From an uncultured Actinomycetota bacterium (GTDB taxonomy: Bacteria > Actinomycetota > Actinomycetes > Actinomycetales > Demequinaceae): a stretch of DNA of 64,000 nucleotides. A program made the translations under genes and the position numbers. Position 1 is the first letter of the stretch. Every line of letters starts with the position of its first letter. Shown here one piece after another: positions 52,368 to 62,033 of this stretch. Where the stretch lies: positions 374,400-438,399 of the forward strand of contig CAVYHY010000004.1 of the NCBI GenBank assembly GCA_963768475.1, written 5' to 3'. A model generated the notes under the pieces. It worked only from the letters and a program-made list of their open reading frames with translations. It did not search any database and was not told the DNA's origin.

Positions 52368-53624
52368 TCCTCGGTACCCTCGATCGCCTTGGGCGTGCGC
52401 GGGTGGAGGTCGAGCGTCTCGGGAACCTCGACGGGCGCGTCGATCACCTTAAGCTCCGCGAGGCGGCGCGAGCCTGGGAGCACGGAACGCTCGTAGGAGC
52501 CCACGACGCCGTCGTACGCCTTGCCCGCGCTGTCGAGCGCCCGGCCGAGCTTCGCGAAGTGCTCGCCCATGGTCAGGAGCCTCTTGTGGAGGTCCTGACC
52601 CGCGTTGAGGACGTCGCGCGCGTTGTCGGCGAGCGCGGCCTCCTTCCACGCGTGAGCGACCGTGCGGAGCATCGCGACCAGCGTGGTCGGCGTGGCGATG
52701 ACGATGTTCTTGGAGAACGCGTACTCCTGGAGCGCGGGGTCCTGCTCGAGCGCGGCCTGGTAGAACGCCTCGGACGGCACGAACATGACGACGAACTCGG
52801 GCGTGGGTGAGAACTGCTCCCAGTACTTCTTCGACGACGAGGTCGTCGACGTGCTTCTTCACGTGGCGCGCGTGGGCGAGGAGACGATCGGCACGCACCG
52901 CCTCGTCGTCCGTTTCGAACGCCTCGATGAGCGCCACGAGCGCCACCTTGGAGTCCACGACCACGCTGCGTCCGCCCGCGAGGTGGACCACCATGTCGGG
53001 CCGGAGGTTCTTGCCCTCGTCCTGGACGTTCTCCTGTTCGGTGAAATCCACGTGGTTCACCATGCCCGCGAGCTCGACCACGCGGCGCAGCTGGACCTCG
53101 CCCCAGTTGCCGCGGACGTCCGAGCGGCGCAGCGTATTGATGAAGTCGGTGGTCTTCTTGTCGAGCTTGTCGGAAGCGGCGACCATCTGCAGAACCTGCT
53201 CGCGCAGCGTCGCCTGCCCCTCCGCCCGCGACTTCTCCGCCTCGGTGGTCTGCCTCTTGACCTCGTCCAGGGCCTTCGCCATCGGCTCGACCAGTTGCTT
53301 GACCGTGGCCTCGCGCTTCGCCGCCTCCGCCTCCTGAGCCTGGTGCGCGCGCTTGAAGCGCTCCTCCGCCAACTCCAGGAACTGCTGGCGATTCGAGGCA
53401 AGGGCGTCGGCGCTCAGGGCTTTGAACTGGCCCTCCATCTGCGCGAATTGCTCCTTGAGGTCGGCGATGCGCCGCTCGGCCTCCTCGCGCACCCGAAGCT
53501 CGCGCTCGTCCGCCCGCTTGTTGGCGACGTCTTCCGTTCGATCGGCGTTGCGGGAGACGGCAAAGAAGTAGGCGATCAACGCGCCGACGACGAGGCCGCC
53601 TAGCGCGGCGAGAAGCGGATTCAT
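52364..53624 (-). pseudogene. rmuC: DNA recombination protein RmuC, one frameshift near 52838
   Basis: N-terminal TM plus coiled coil (ORF 52449-53624), up to ...KKHVDDL. It continues as SSKKYWEQFSPTPEFVVMFVPSEAFYQAALEQDP.. in ORF 52364-52786. Confidence 0.85.
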
Positions 53625-53911
53625 ACGACCACTGTGCCACCCGACGGGGACACGTATCGCGTCGGCCCGGCGCCGACGCGACCTTAACTACGGTCGTTCC
53701 GAGTCGAAAACGGACGGAAATTCGAGAGAAAATCGCCGTATTCCGCTGTATGTCGAAACGATTTACCAGATTGTGATGCGCGCGTTACATCGATCCGCCT
53801 ACGATTTGTTCAACTGCGGAACCTCGTGGTCCGTAGAAGGACGCTTGTACCCCTCAGCGTGCTCACAAGGCACGGATGGGGTGTGGAGCGACAACGTGAA
53901 AGGAGTCGAGT

Positions 53912-55539
53912 ATGAAGCTCGGCGCAATTGGAAAGTCTCTCGCCGTGGCAGCCACGGCGAGTCTGTTCCTAGCAGGGTGCAGTTCTAGCCCGACCACGTC
54001 GGCGTCGCCGACGGACACGGCGACCACCGGTGGTGGCGGCACGATCATCACGAACGGTTCTGAGCCGCAGAACCCGCTGATCCCGACGAACACGAACGAG
54101 ACCGGCGGCGGAAAGATCATCGACAACATCTTCGCTGGACTCGTCTACTACGACGCCACTGGCGCCGTTCACAACGAGGTTGCGAAGTCGATCACGCAGC
54201 TCGACCCGACCAAGTACGAGGTCAAGCTCAACGATGGTTGGACGTTCACCAACGGTGAGGCGGTTACGGCGAATTCCTTCGTCGACGCCTGGAACTACGG
54301 TGCACTCCTGAGCAACGCTCAGAACTCGAGCTACTTCTTCGAGGACATCGACGGCTTCAGCTGGGACGTGGACTCTCCGCTTACCGGCCTTGAGGTTGTC
54401 GACGACCTGACGTTCACGATCACGCTGAACAAGCCGGCTTCGGACTTCCCGCAGCGCCTCGGCTACTCGGCGTTCGACCCGCTGCCGTCTGTTGCATTCA
54501 AGGACATGGCGGCCTTCGGTGAGAAGCCGATCGGTAACGGCCCGTACATGCTCGCAGGCGACAACGCGTGGCAGCACGATGTTCAGATCGACCTCGTGGT
54601 CAACCCTGACTACAAGGGCGGTCGCGTGCCGGCCAACGCCGGTCTCACCTTCGTGTTCTACTCGTCGCAGGACGCGGCTTATGCCGACCTCCTTGCGAAC
54701 AACGTCGACGTCATCGACGGTATCCCGGACTCCGCTCTGGCTACGTACCAGACGGACCTCGGCGACCGCGCGGTGAACCAGCCGGCTGCGATCTTCCAGT
54801 CCTTCACGATCCCTGAGCGCCTCAAGCACTTCTCGGGTGACGAGGGCAAATTGCGTCGTCAGGCACTGTCGATGTCGATCAACCGTCCAGAGATCACGCA
54901 GGTCATCTTCGAGGGCACCCGCACGCCGGCTAGCGACTTCACGTCGCCGGTCATCGCGGGCTGGAGCGACTCTCTCAAGGGTGCTGACGTTCTCGCATAC
55001 AACCCGACCAAGGCCAAGGAACTCTGGGCCGAGGCCGACAAGATCAGCCCGTGGTCGGGTACGTTCGAAATCGGATACAACGCTGACGGTGGCCACCAGG
55101 CCTGGGTCGACGCTGTGATGCAACTCGATCAAGAACGCGCTCGGAATCGAGGCGGCCGGTCACCCGTACGCAACGTTCAAGGAGTTGCGCACCGAGGTGT
55201 CGAACGACACGATCAAGGTGGCGTTCCGTACCGGTTGGCAGGCCGACTACCCCGGTCTGTACAACTTCCTCGGGCCGCTCTACGCGACCAACGCAGGATC
55301 GAACGACGGTCGACTACTCGAGCGCCGAGTTCGACAAGCTGCTGAGTGACGGCATCACCGCGACCGACCCGGCCACGGCGAACGCCGACTTCCAGAAGGC
55401 TCAGGAGGTCCTGCTGAAGGACCTTCCGGCCATCCCGCTCTGGTACTCCAACGTCAACGGCGGTTACGCCACGACGGTCAGCAACGTCGAGTTCGGTTGG
55501 AACTCGGTCCCGCTGTACTACCAGATCAAGAAGAACTAG
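53912..55539 (+). pseudogene. Peptide/oligopeptide ABC substrate-binding lipoprotein (family 5), two single-base insertions (about 55118 and 55311)
   Basis: Lipobox LFLAGCSS. The family-5 body reads through in three successive frames: ..GGHQAWVDAV / CNSIKNALGIEAAGHPYATFKELRTEVSN..GPLYATNAGSNDG / DYSSAEFDKLLSDG..WYSNVNGGYA..YYQIKKN, stop at 55537-55539. Confidence 0.85.
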
Positions 55540-55709
55540 CGCAGGCCGGTGGCCCGCTCCGCCCTACGGCGGAGCGGGCCACCTCCTGTTCGCACCGAAT
55601 AGCGCGCGACCTGGCCCACGAATCCGAGGATCCGTGAGTAGGACCGGCGTGATCGCATTAGGATGGTTGCTCACATGAACGAGTCGCGTCTGGCACCAGG
55701 AGAGTCTCT

Positions 55710-56636
55710 ATGCTGAGGTATGTCCTTCGGCGTCTGCTCCAGGCCATCCCCGTCTTCCTGGGAACGACGTTCATCATCTATTTCCTCGTATTCGCGATGC
55801 CGGGCGATCCCATCCTTGCCCTCTTCGGCGACAAGACACCCAACCCGGCGGTCGTCGAGCAGCTCCGCGAGCAGTACCACCTGAACCAGCCGTTCTTCAT
55901 GCAGTACCTGCTGTATATGAAGGACCTCTTCACCGGGAATCTCGGGATGACCTTCTCGGGCCAGTCCGTCGGCGAGGTCTTCGCGCGGGCCTTCCCCGTG
56001 ACCCTTCGGCTCGTGTTGATGGCCGTGATCATGGAGTTCTTGCTGTCGGTGGTGATCGGGCTCATCTCCGGGCTGCGACAGGGGAAGGTCTTCGACCACT
56101 CGAGTCTTCTCCTCGCCCTGATCTTCAACTCGGTCCCCGTCTTCGTTGCAATGTTCCTCGGGCAGTACTTCATCGCCGTCAAACTTGGTTGGGCGCCCCC
56201 AACGGTCGGATCGAACGTCTCGTGGGGTTCGCTTTTCCTCCCCGCGGTCATCATCGCTCTCACGGTCTACGTCACGGGAATGCGCCTGATGCGCGGCTCC
56301 GTCATCGAGTCCCGCGGCGCCGACTATGTACGCACGGCGTACGCGAAGGGCCTCACCACGCGGCGCGTTATTCCCGTGCACATCGCGCGCAACTCCCTTA
56401 TCCCGGTCATCACGAACTCGGCCGCGAGCTTCGGCTACCTGCTCGCGGGCACAACGGTGACGGAGTTCATCTTCAATATCCCGGGCGTCGGCCACGTCCT
56501 CTATCGCGCGATTATTGGAAGCGAGGGACCGACGGTCGTGTCGTTCGTGACCATCCTGACGCTTCTCTACGTGGTCCTGAACATTCTTGTCGACCTGCTC
56601 TACGCCGTGCTCGACCCGAGGATCCGTTATGTCTAA
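55710..56636 (+). CDS. Peptide ABC transporter permease (DppB/OppB-like)
   Basis: MLRYVLRRLLQAIPVFLGTTFIIYFLV is the typical N-terminus. 308 aa. Confidence 0.92.
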   Translation: MLRYVLRRLLQAIPVFLGTTFIIYFLVFAMPGDPILALFGDKTPNPAVVEQLREQYHLNQPFFMQYLLYMKDLFTGNLGMTFSGQSVGEVFARAFPVTLRLVLMAVIMEFLLSVVIGLISGLRQGKVFDHSSLLLALIFNSVPVFVAMFLGQYFIAVKLGWAPPTVGSNVSWGSLFLPAVIIALTVYVTGMRLMRGSVIESRGADYVRTAYAKGLTTRRVIPVHIARNSLIPVITNSAASFGYLLAGTTVTEFIFNIPGVGHVLYRAIIGSEGPTVVSFVTILTLLYVVLNILVDLLYAVLDPRIRYV

Positions 56637-57579
56637 GCCGAAACTCGACCCCGATCACTACGTCGCCCCCTTCGACGAGTCGCAGACCGTAGAGATCGAC
56701 TCGGTGCGCCTCGGCGCGCACCGGAGCAACATCTGGCTCGACGCGTGGCGCGACCTGCGTCGCCGGCCCCTGTTCTACGTGGCCCTCCTCCTCGTCGCGT
56801 GGGTCGTCATCATGGCGCTGTTCCCGACATGGTTCACGCAGGCCTCTCCTGACCACGACTGCTTCCTTTCCAACAGCAACGGCGGGCCCCAGGCCGGGCA
56901 CCCGCTCGGCTTCACTCGGCAGGGCTGTGACGTCTACGCCCGCGTGGCGTGGGGCGCGCGATCCTCGGTGGCGGTTGGCCTCTTGACGGTGATGATTACC
57001 GCCGTGCTCGGGATTCCCATGGGGGCCATCGCAGGCTTCTATGGCGGATGGATCGACTCGTTGCTCTCGCGCATCGGCGACATCTTCTTCTCCGTGCCGT
57101 ACTTCCTGGCCGCGATCGTCGTGATGACCGTGCTCCGCGACTACCGCAACGTCCTGACGCTCTCACTCGCGATCGGGGGCTTCGCATGGGCGTCGCTCGC
57201 GCGCATCCTGAGATCCGAGGTACTCCAGGTGAAGAACCAAGACTTCGTCATGGCGTCGGCGGCGGTCGGCCGGTCGAAGTTCTCGACGCTCGTGCGCCAC
57301 GTTCTGCCGAACTCGCTGACTCCCGTCATCGTTTCGCTCACCATCAGCCTGGGAGCTGCGATTGTCGCGGCGGCGACGTTGAGCTTCCTCGGAATTGGTT
57401 TGCCGCCCGAAGTGATGTCGTGGGGTAGGGACATCGCCGAGGCTCAGACGACGATCCGAACCTCGCCGATGGCGCTCCTGTGGCCGTCGGCGGCGTTGAC
57501 CATCACCGTGCTCGCCTTCATCGTGCTCGGAGAACTCATCCGGGACGCGCTCGACCCGAAGGCGAGGGCCAGGCGATGA
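56629..57579 (+). CDS. Peptide ABC transporter permease (DppC/OppC-like)
   Basis: Start at ATG 56629 (MSKPKLDP), overlapping the upstream gene. HPLGFTRQGCDVYARV and the permease core. Confidence 0.9.
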   Translation: MSKPKLDPDHYVAPFDESQTVEIDSVRLGAHRSNIWLDAWRDLRRRPLFYVALLLVAWVVIMALFPTWFTQASPDHDCFLSNSNGGPQAGHPLGFTRQGCDVYARVAWGARSSVAVGLLTVMITAVLGIPMGAIAGFYGGWIDSLLSRIGDIFFSVPYFLAAIVVMTVLRDYRNVLTLSLAIGGFAWASLARILRSEVLQVKNQDFVMASAAVGRSKFSTLVRHVLPNSLTPVIVSLTISLGAAIVAAATLSFLGIGLPPEVMSWGRDIAEAQTTIRTSPMALLWPSAALTITVLAFIVLGELIRDALDPKARARR

Positions 57580-59333
57580 CGCCGAAGGCAACGGCTCAGG
57601 AAACCGCGCGGAACGCGACGAGCAACGGTCGTACACCCCTCGTCTCGATTCGCGACCTTGAGGTCGCGTTCCACACCCACGACGGCGACATCGAGGCCCT
57701 TCGGGGAGTCTCGTTCGACATCTTCCCCGGGGAGACGGTCGCCATTGTCGGCGAGTCCGGTTCGGGGAAATCCACCGCCGCGACCGCGCTGATCAACCTG
57801 CTTCCGAGCAACGGGCGCATCACCGGAGGTAGCGTCGTGGTCGAGGACCGCGATATCACGGGATGGTCGCAGAACAAGATGGCCTCGGTTCGCGGCAGCA
57901 TCATCGGCTACGTGCCCCAGGACCCCATGTCGAACCTCAACCCCGTGTGGTCCGTGGGCTTCCAGGTGCGCGAGGCGATTCGCGCCAACGGCGTTGCCAC
58001 CGGACGCAAGGCGATTCAGCAGCGGGCCATCGAGGTGCTCGAACAGGCGGGCCTCAATGACGCCGCTCGGCGCACCAAGCAGTTCCCGCACCAGTTCTCC
58101 GGTGGAATGCGTCAGCGCGTCCTGATCGGCATCGGCCTCGGCGCGGACCCGAAGCTTCTGATCGCCGACGAGCCGACCTCCGCGCTCGACGTGACCGTGC
58201 AGAAGACCATCCTCGACCACATCGAGTCGCTCACCCGCGAGAAGAGCACGGCGCTGCTGCTGATTACGCACGACCTCGGCCTCGCCGCGGAACGCGCGTC
58301 TCGCGTCATCGTGATGAACCGAGGCAAGATCGTCGAGGCAGGCAAGAGTCTCGATATTCTCCAGAACCCGCAGCATCCGTATACCAAGCGCCTGATTGCT
58401 GCCGCGCCCTCGCTAGCGTCGCGCCGGATCGGAGCCTCGGCGCCGTCGGGCGAGGTTGACGCCGCGGATGGGACCATCGATATGGCCCGCCTCGCGAGGA
58501 CCCACACGGAAGACGAAGCCGAATACCTTGCCAATGTGCATTCGGTCGTCGAGGTCAAGGACCTGACCAAGGTCTACGCGATTCGCCGGGGTTCGTTCCG
58601 TTCCGAACCGCTCGTCGCCGTCGATCACATCTCCTTCAACATAAATCGGGGGACGACGCTCGCGCTCGTGGGAGAGTCCGGATCGGGCAAGACGACGGCG
58701 GCGAAGATGATCCTCGGGCTCGAGACGCCCACGTCCGGCGAGATTAACGTCGGTGGCACGCAGTTGGCGGGGGCATCCAATAAGGCGCTCTTCGCGCTGC
58801 GTAGCCACATGCAGCCGGTGTTTCAGGACCCGTACGCGTCGCTTGATCCCCAGCGCTCGATCGGTTCGATCATCGCGGAGCCTTTGCGTGTCCATAAGGT
58901 CGGCGACGAGCCCAGCCGCGTTGCCCGCGTCAAGGAGCTGCTGTCGCAGGTCGCCCTTCCCGGCGCGCTCGCGCACCGTTACCCGAACGAGCTGTCGGGC
59001 GGGCAGCGTCAGCGCGTAGCGATCGCTCGTGCGCTCGCGCTCAAGCCCGACGTCGTGGTGCTCGACGAGCCGGTCTCGGCGCTCGACGTCCTGGTCCAGG
59101 CGCAGATCCTCCAGCTGCTCGCTGACCTTCAGGCCGAACTCGGTCTGACGTACCTGTTCATCACCCACGACCTCGCGGTCGTGCGCGTGGTGGCGGACGA
59201 GGTCGCGGTGATGGACCAGGGGAAGATCGTCGAGCGAGGCACCGTCGACTCGATCTTCACGAATCCCCGCGAGGAGTACACGCGCCGGCTTCTCGACGCC
59301 ATCCCTGGCGGGAACATCGTCTTCGGCGGCTAG
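57576..59333 (+). CDS. Peptide ABC transporter ATP-binding protein, fused double ATPase (DppD/DppF-like)
   Basis: Two Walker A motifs (GESGSGKST, GESGSGKTT), two signature motifs (FSGGMRQR, LSGGQRQR) and two Walker B motifs (LLIADEPTSALD, VVVLDEPVSALD). Confidence 0.93.
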   Translation: MTPKATAQETARNATSNGRTPLVSIRDLEVAFHTHDGDIEALRGVSFDIFPGETVAIVGESGSGKSTAATALINLLPSNGRITGGSVVVEDRDITGWSQNKMASVRGSIIGYVPQDPMSNLNPVWSVGFQVREAIRANGVATGRKAIQQRAIEVLEQAGLNDAARRTKQFPHQFSGGMRQRVLIGIGLGADPKLLIADEPTSALDVTVQKTILDHIESLTREKSTALLLITHDLGLAAERASRVIVMNRGKIVEAGKSLDILQNPQHPYTKRLIAAAPSLASRRIGASAPSGEVDAADGTIDMARLARTHTEDEAEYLANVHSVVEVKDLTKVYAIRRGSFRSEPLVAVDHISFNINRGTTLALVGESGSGKTTAAKMILGLETPTSGEINVGGTQLAGASNKALFALRSHMQPVFQDPYASLDPQRSIGSIIAEPLRVHKVGDEPSRVARVKELLSQVALPGALAHRYPNELSGGQRQRVAIARALALKPDVVVLDEPVSALDVLVQAQILQLLADLQAELGLTYLFITHDLAVVRVVADEVAVMDQGKIVERGTVDSIFTNPREEYTRRLLDAIPGGNIVFGG

Positions 59334-59377
59334 CCCGCGCGACCGCGACCCACCCGCACCCCCACTAGACTCGGCCC

Positions 59378-60463
59378 GTGGCTCTAACTATCGGCATCGT
59401 CGGCCTGCCCAACGTCGGCAAGTCCACGCTCTTCAACGCGCTGACGCGTGCCCAGGTTCTCGCGGCGAACTATCCGTTCGCCACGATCGAGCCGAACGTC
59501 GGCGTCGTTCCTCTCCCCGACCCCAGGCTCGCGGTCCTGTCGGAGATGTTCCACTCGGAGAAGACCGTCCCCGCGACGGTGAGCTTCGTGGACATCGCGG
59601 GCATCGTCAAGGGCGCGTCGGAGGGGGAGGGGCTCGGCAACGCGTTCCTGTCCCACATACGCGAGGCCGACGCCATATGCCAGGTGACGCGGGCCTTCGC
59701 CGACCCTGACGTCGTTCACGTGGACGGGCGGGTCGACGCGGCTTCCGATCTCGAGACCATCAGCACCGAGCTGATCCTCGCTGACCTTCAGACTCTGGAG
59801 AAGGTGATTCCTCGCCTCGAGAAGGAGGTGCGGGCCAAGAAGGCTGCGCCGGAGTTTCTCGCCGCCTGCGAAGCCGCGCAGGGGATTCTCAATGCGGGCC
59901 AGACCCTCTCGTCGGCGGCGAAGTCCGCGACGTTCGATCTCGACGCGATCCGGGAGTTGACGCTCCTGACCGCTAAGCCCGTCATTTACGTCTTCAACAT
60001 GGACGACGTGAACCTTCTCGACGAGACAGAGCGCGCGACACTCGCGGCGTCCGTCGCTCCCGCCGAGGCCATCTTCCTCGACGCGAAGTTCGAGGCGGAG
60101 CTGGTCGATCTGACCGCGGACGAGGCTGCTGAGATGCTCGCCGAGTCGGGCCAGAAGGAATCTGGGCTCGACCAGCTCGCGCGCGTGGGTTTCGCGACGC
60201 TCGGGCTTCAGACGTTTCTGACGGCCGGACCCAAGGAGTCGCGCGCCTGGACCATCCGGCGGGGCTGGACGGCTCCGCAGGCGGCCGGGGTGATCCACAC
60301 CGACTTTGAACGCGGATTCATCAAGGCGGAGGTCATCGGCTACGACGATCTCATCGCCGCCGGATCCACCGCTGAGGCGAAGGCGCGCGGCAAGGTCCGC
60401 ATGGAGGGTAAGGACTACGTCATGGCCGAGGGCGACATCGTGGAGTTCCGCTTCAACGTGTAG
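59378..60463 (+). CDS. ychF: Redox-regulated ATPase YchF
   Basis: GTG start. IGIVGLPNVGKSTLFNALT, FVDIAGIVKGASEGEGLGN and C-terminal TGS-like GFIKAEVI. Confidence 0.95.
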   Translation: MALTIGIVGLPNVGKSTLFNALTRAQVLAANYPFATIEPNVGVVPLPDPRLAVLSEMFHSEKTVPATVSFVDIAGIVKGASEGEGLGNAFLSHIREADAICQVTRAFADPDVVHVDGRVDAASDLETISTELILADLQTLEKVIPRLEKEVRAKKAAPEFLAACEAAQGILNAGQTLSSAAKSATFDLDAIRELTLLTAKPVIYVFNMDDVNLLDETERATLAASVAPAEAIFLDAKFEAELVDLTADEAAEMLAESGQKESGLDQLARVGFATLGLQTFLTAGPKESRAWTIRRGWTAPQAAGVIHTDFERGFIKAEVIGYDDLIAAGSTAEAKARGKVRMEGKDYVMAEGDIVEFRFNV

Positions 60464-60595
60464 CGACCCCCGGGTCGTCTTGCGCGGCGCGCTGGCCGCC
60501 GTCGCGCCTCGATCTGCCCCACAATCCGGGAGATTTCCCGCACAAAAAGGGCAATTCGCGCACCTCGCGTTGCGAAACGACTTAGGAAGTCCTAA

Positions 60596-60633
60596 TGTGA
60601 TGTAGGTCACAGAGGAATGTGATGCAGGTCACA
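60596..60633. promoter_or_regulatory. Two tandem perfect TGTGA-N6-TCACA palindromes (CRP/GlxR-type sites) upstream of 60707
   Basis: TGTGATGTAGGTCACA (60596-60611) and TGTGATGCAGGTCACA (60618-60633). Centres are 22 bp apart. The proximal centre is 81 nt from the ATG. Confidence 0.6.
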
Positions 60634-60706
60634 ATAGGGGACTGACTGTCAGCTTGAGGGAGTCGGCAGATGGCCCGCGCATCGCGCGGGTCGCTAAGGA
60701 GACACC

Positions 60707-61690
60707 ATGAATGCCACGCACACACGAACGCATCAGGCGAAGGTACTGCTCGTCCTCGCGGCCATTGCTGCCGCGATGGGCATCATCATCACCACGAGCG
60801 CGGCGCCGGCTAGCGCCCATTCGTCGAACGACTACACCACCGTCTTCTGGGCGATCCCGTCGGGAGGCGGTCACACGCAGTCGACGGCCTTCAACGGCGG
60901 TTCGCAGACCTTCTTCTCATACGGAAGCTGGAACAACGGTCACCCGACGTCCAACACGACTTTGACGTGCGGCGTGTGGTACCAGGTGGACCACTACCGC
61001 ACCAACACCTCGGATCGTAGGGATCGACTGAACTCGATCCTCTCCGACAACAAGCTCGCCAAGTACGAAGACTGGAACGGCGCTAACTCGTCAACCAACC
61101 TGTTCTGGTGGGACGGTCGGACCGAGTGGGTGTACGCCTCGGGCGGCACGTGCACGACGACCACGACCACGACCACGACGGGTACGACGACCACGGGTAC
61201 GACCACGACGGGTACGACCACGACGGGTACGACCACGACGGGTACGACCACGACGGGTACGACCACGACGGGTACGACCACGACGGGTACGACCACGACG
61301 GGTACGACCACGACGGGTACGACCACGACGGGTACGACGACCACCACGGGTACGACGACCACCGGTACGACCACCACGGGTACGACGACCACGACGGGTA
61401 CCACGACCACCGGTACGACGACCACCGGTACGACGACCACCGGTACGACGACCACCGGTACGACCACGACGGGTACCACGACGACCGGTACGACGACGAC
61501 CGGAACGACGACCACCGGTACGACCACCACGGGTACGACCACGACGGGTACGTCGACGTCGGGGACGCTCACGGAGGTCGTCCTCGCCGCGACGGGCGCG
61601 AACGGAACGTCGGGCAGCGTGGCGTTGGGTCTCTCGCTCCTGGTTGGAGGAGTCGGACTAACGCTCCTGCGTCGCCGCAACGCCGAGTAG
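60707..61690 (+). CDS. LAXTG-anchored cell-surface protein with Thr/Gly-rich repeat stalk
   Basis: Signal peptide (VLLVLAAIAAAMGIIITTSAAPASA), about 110-aa head domain of unknown family, (TTTTG)n stalk, then LAATG plus hydrophobic stretch plus RRRNAE (sortase class E type signal). Confidence 0.85.
   Translation: MNATHTRTHQAKVLLVLAAIAAAMGIIITTSAAPASAHSSNDYTTVFWAIPSGGGHTQSTAFNGGSQTFFSYGSWNNGHPTSNTTLTCGVWYQVDHYRTNTSDRRDRLNSILSDNKLAKYEDWNGANSSTNLFWWDGRTEWVYASGGTCTTTTTTTTTGTTTTGTTTTGTTTTGTTTTGTTTTGTTTTGTTTTGTTTTGTTTTGTTTTGTTTTTGTTTTGTTTTGTTTTTGTTTTGTTTTGTTTTGTTTTGTTTTGTTTTGTTTTGTTTTGTTTTGTTTTGTSTSGTLTEVVLAATGANGTSGSVALGLSLLVGGVGLTLLRRRNAE
61154..61563 (+). repeat. Thr-codon tandem repeat array; core is nine perfect copies of the 15-bp unit ggtacgaccacgacg (61196-61330)
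   Basis: Counted directly in the sequence. Flanking units are degenerate (ACG/ACC/GGT codons). Confidence 0.9.
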
Positions 61691-61930
61691 CAAGCTCCCC
61701 GGCATCGACGGGACGGCGTGTGTGCGTCGTCGCCCCGTCGATGCCCGGGGTCGTATGAAAGCCCGGGAGGCTGGTCCCACCCGCAGGGCTAGCGGGTGGG
61801 ACCGCCGGCGTCTACGGCAATGCCCGGTGCGCGATATGTCCGTTCAGCACCTCTCCCTGAAACGAATTTCACCTCAAATGGGACCAAGGTCCCCCCTCGA
61901 CTTGTGCGAGACCCTGGTTAGCCTTACCTT

Positions 61931-61968
61931 TGTGATGTAGATCACACTTGAATGTGACCGAGGTCACA
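61931..61968. promoter_or_regulatory. Two tandem perfect TGTGA-N6-TCACA palindromes upstream of 62034
   Basis: TGTGATGTAGATCACA (61931-61946) and TGTGACCGAGGTCACA (61953-61968). Centres are again 22 bp apart. The proximal centre is 73 nt from the ATG. Confidence 0.6.
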
Positions 61969-62033
61969 CTGCGGGACGCACACCACTTTGGCGCCGGGAC
62001 TGATGAGAACCGGCCACGCACAGGGAGAACCTC

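Noticed and set aside
53768-53790. ttgtgatgcgcgcgttacat upstream of the peptide SBP gene looked like another CRP-type site.
   Set aside because: Only the TGTGA half-site is present. The partner would be TTACA at N8 spacing, which does not fit TGTGA-N6-TCACA.
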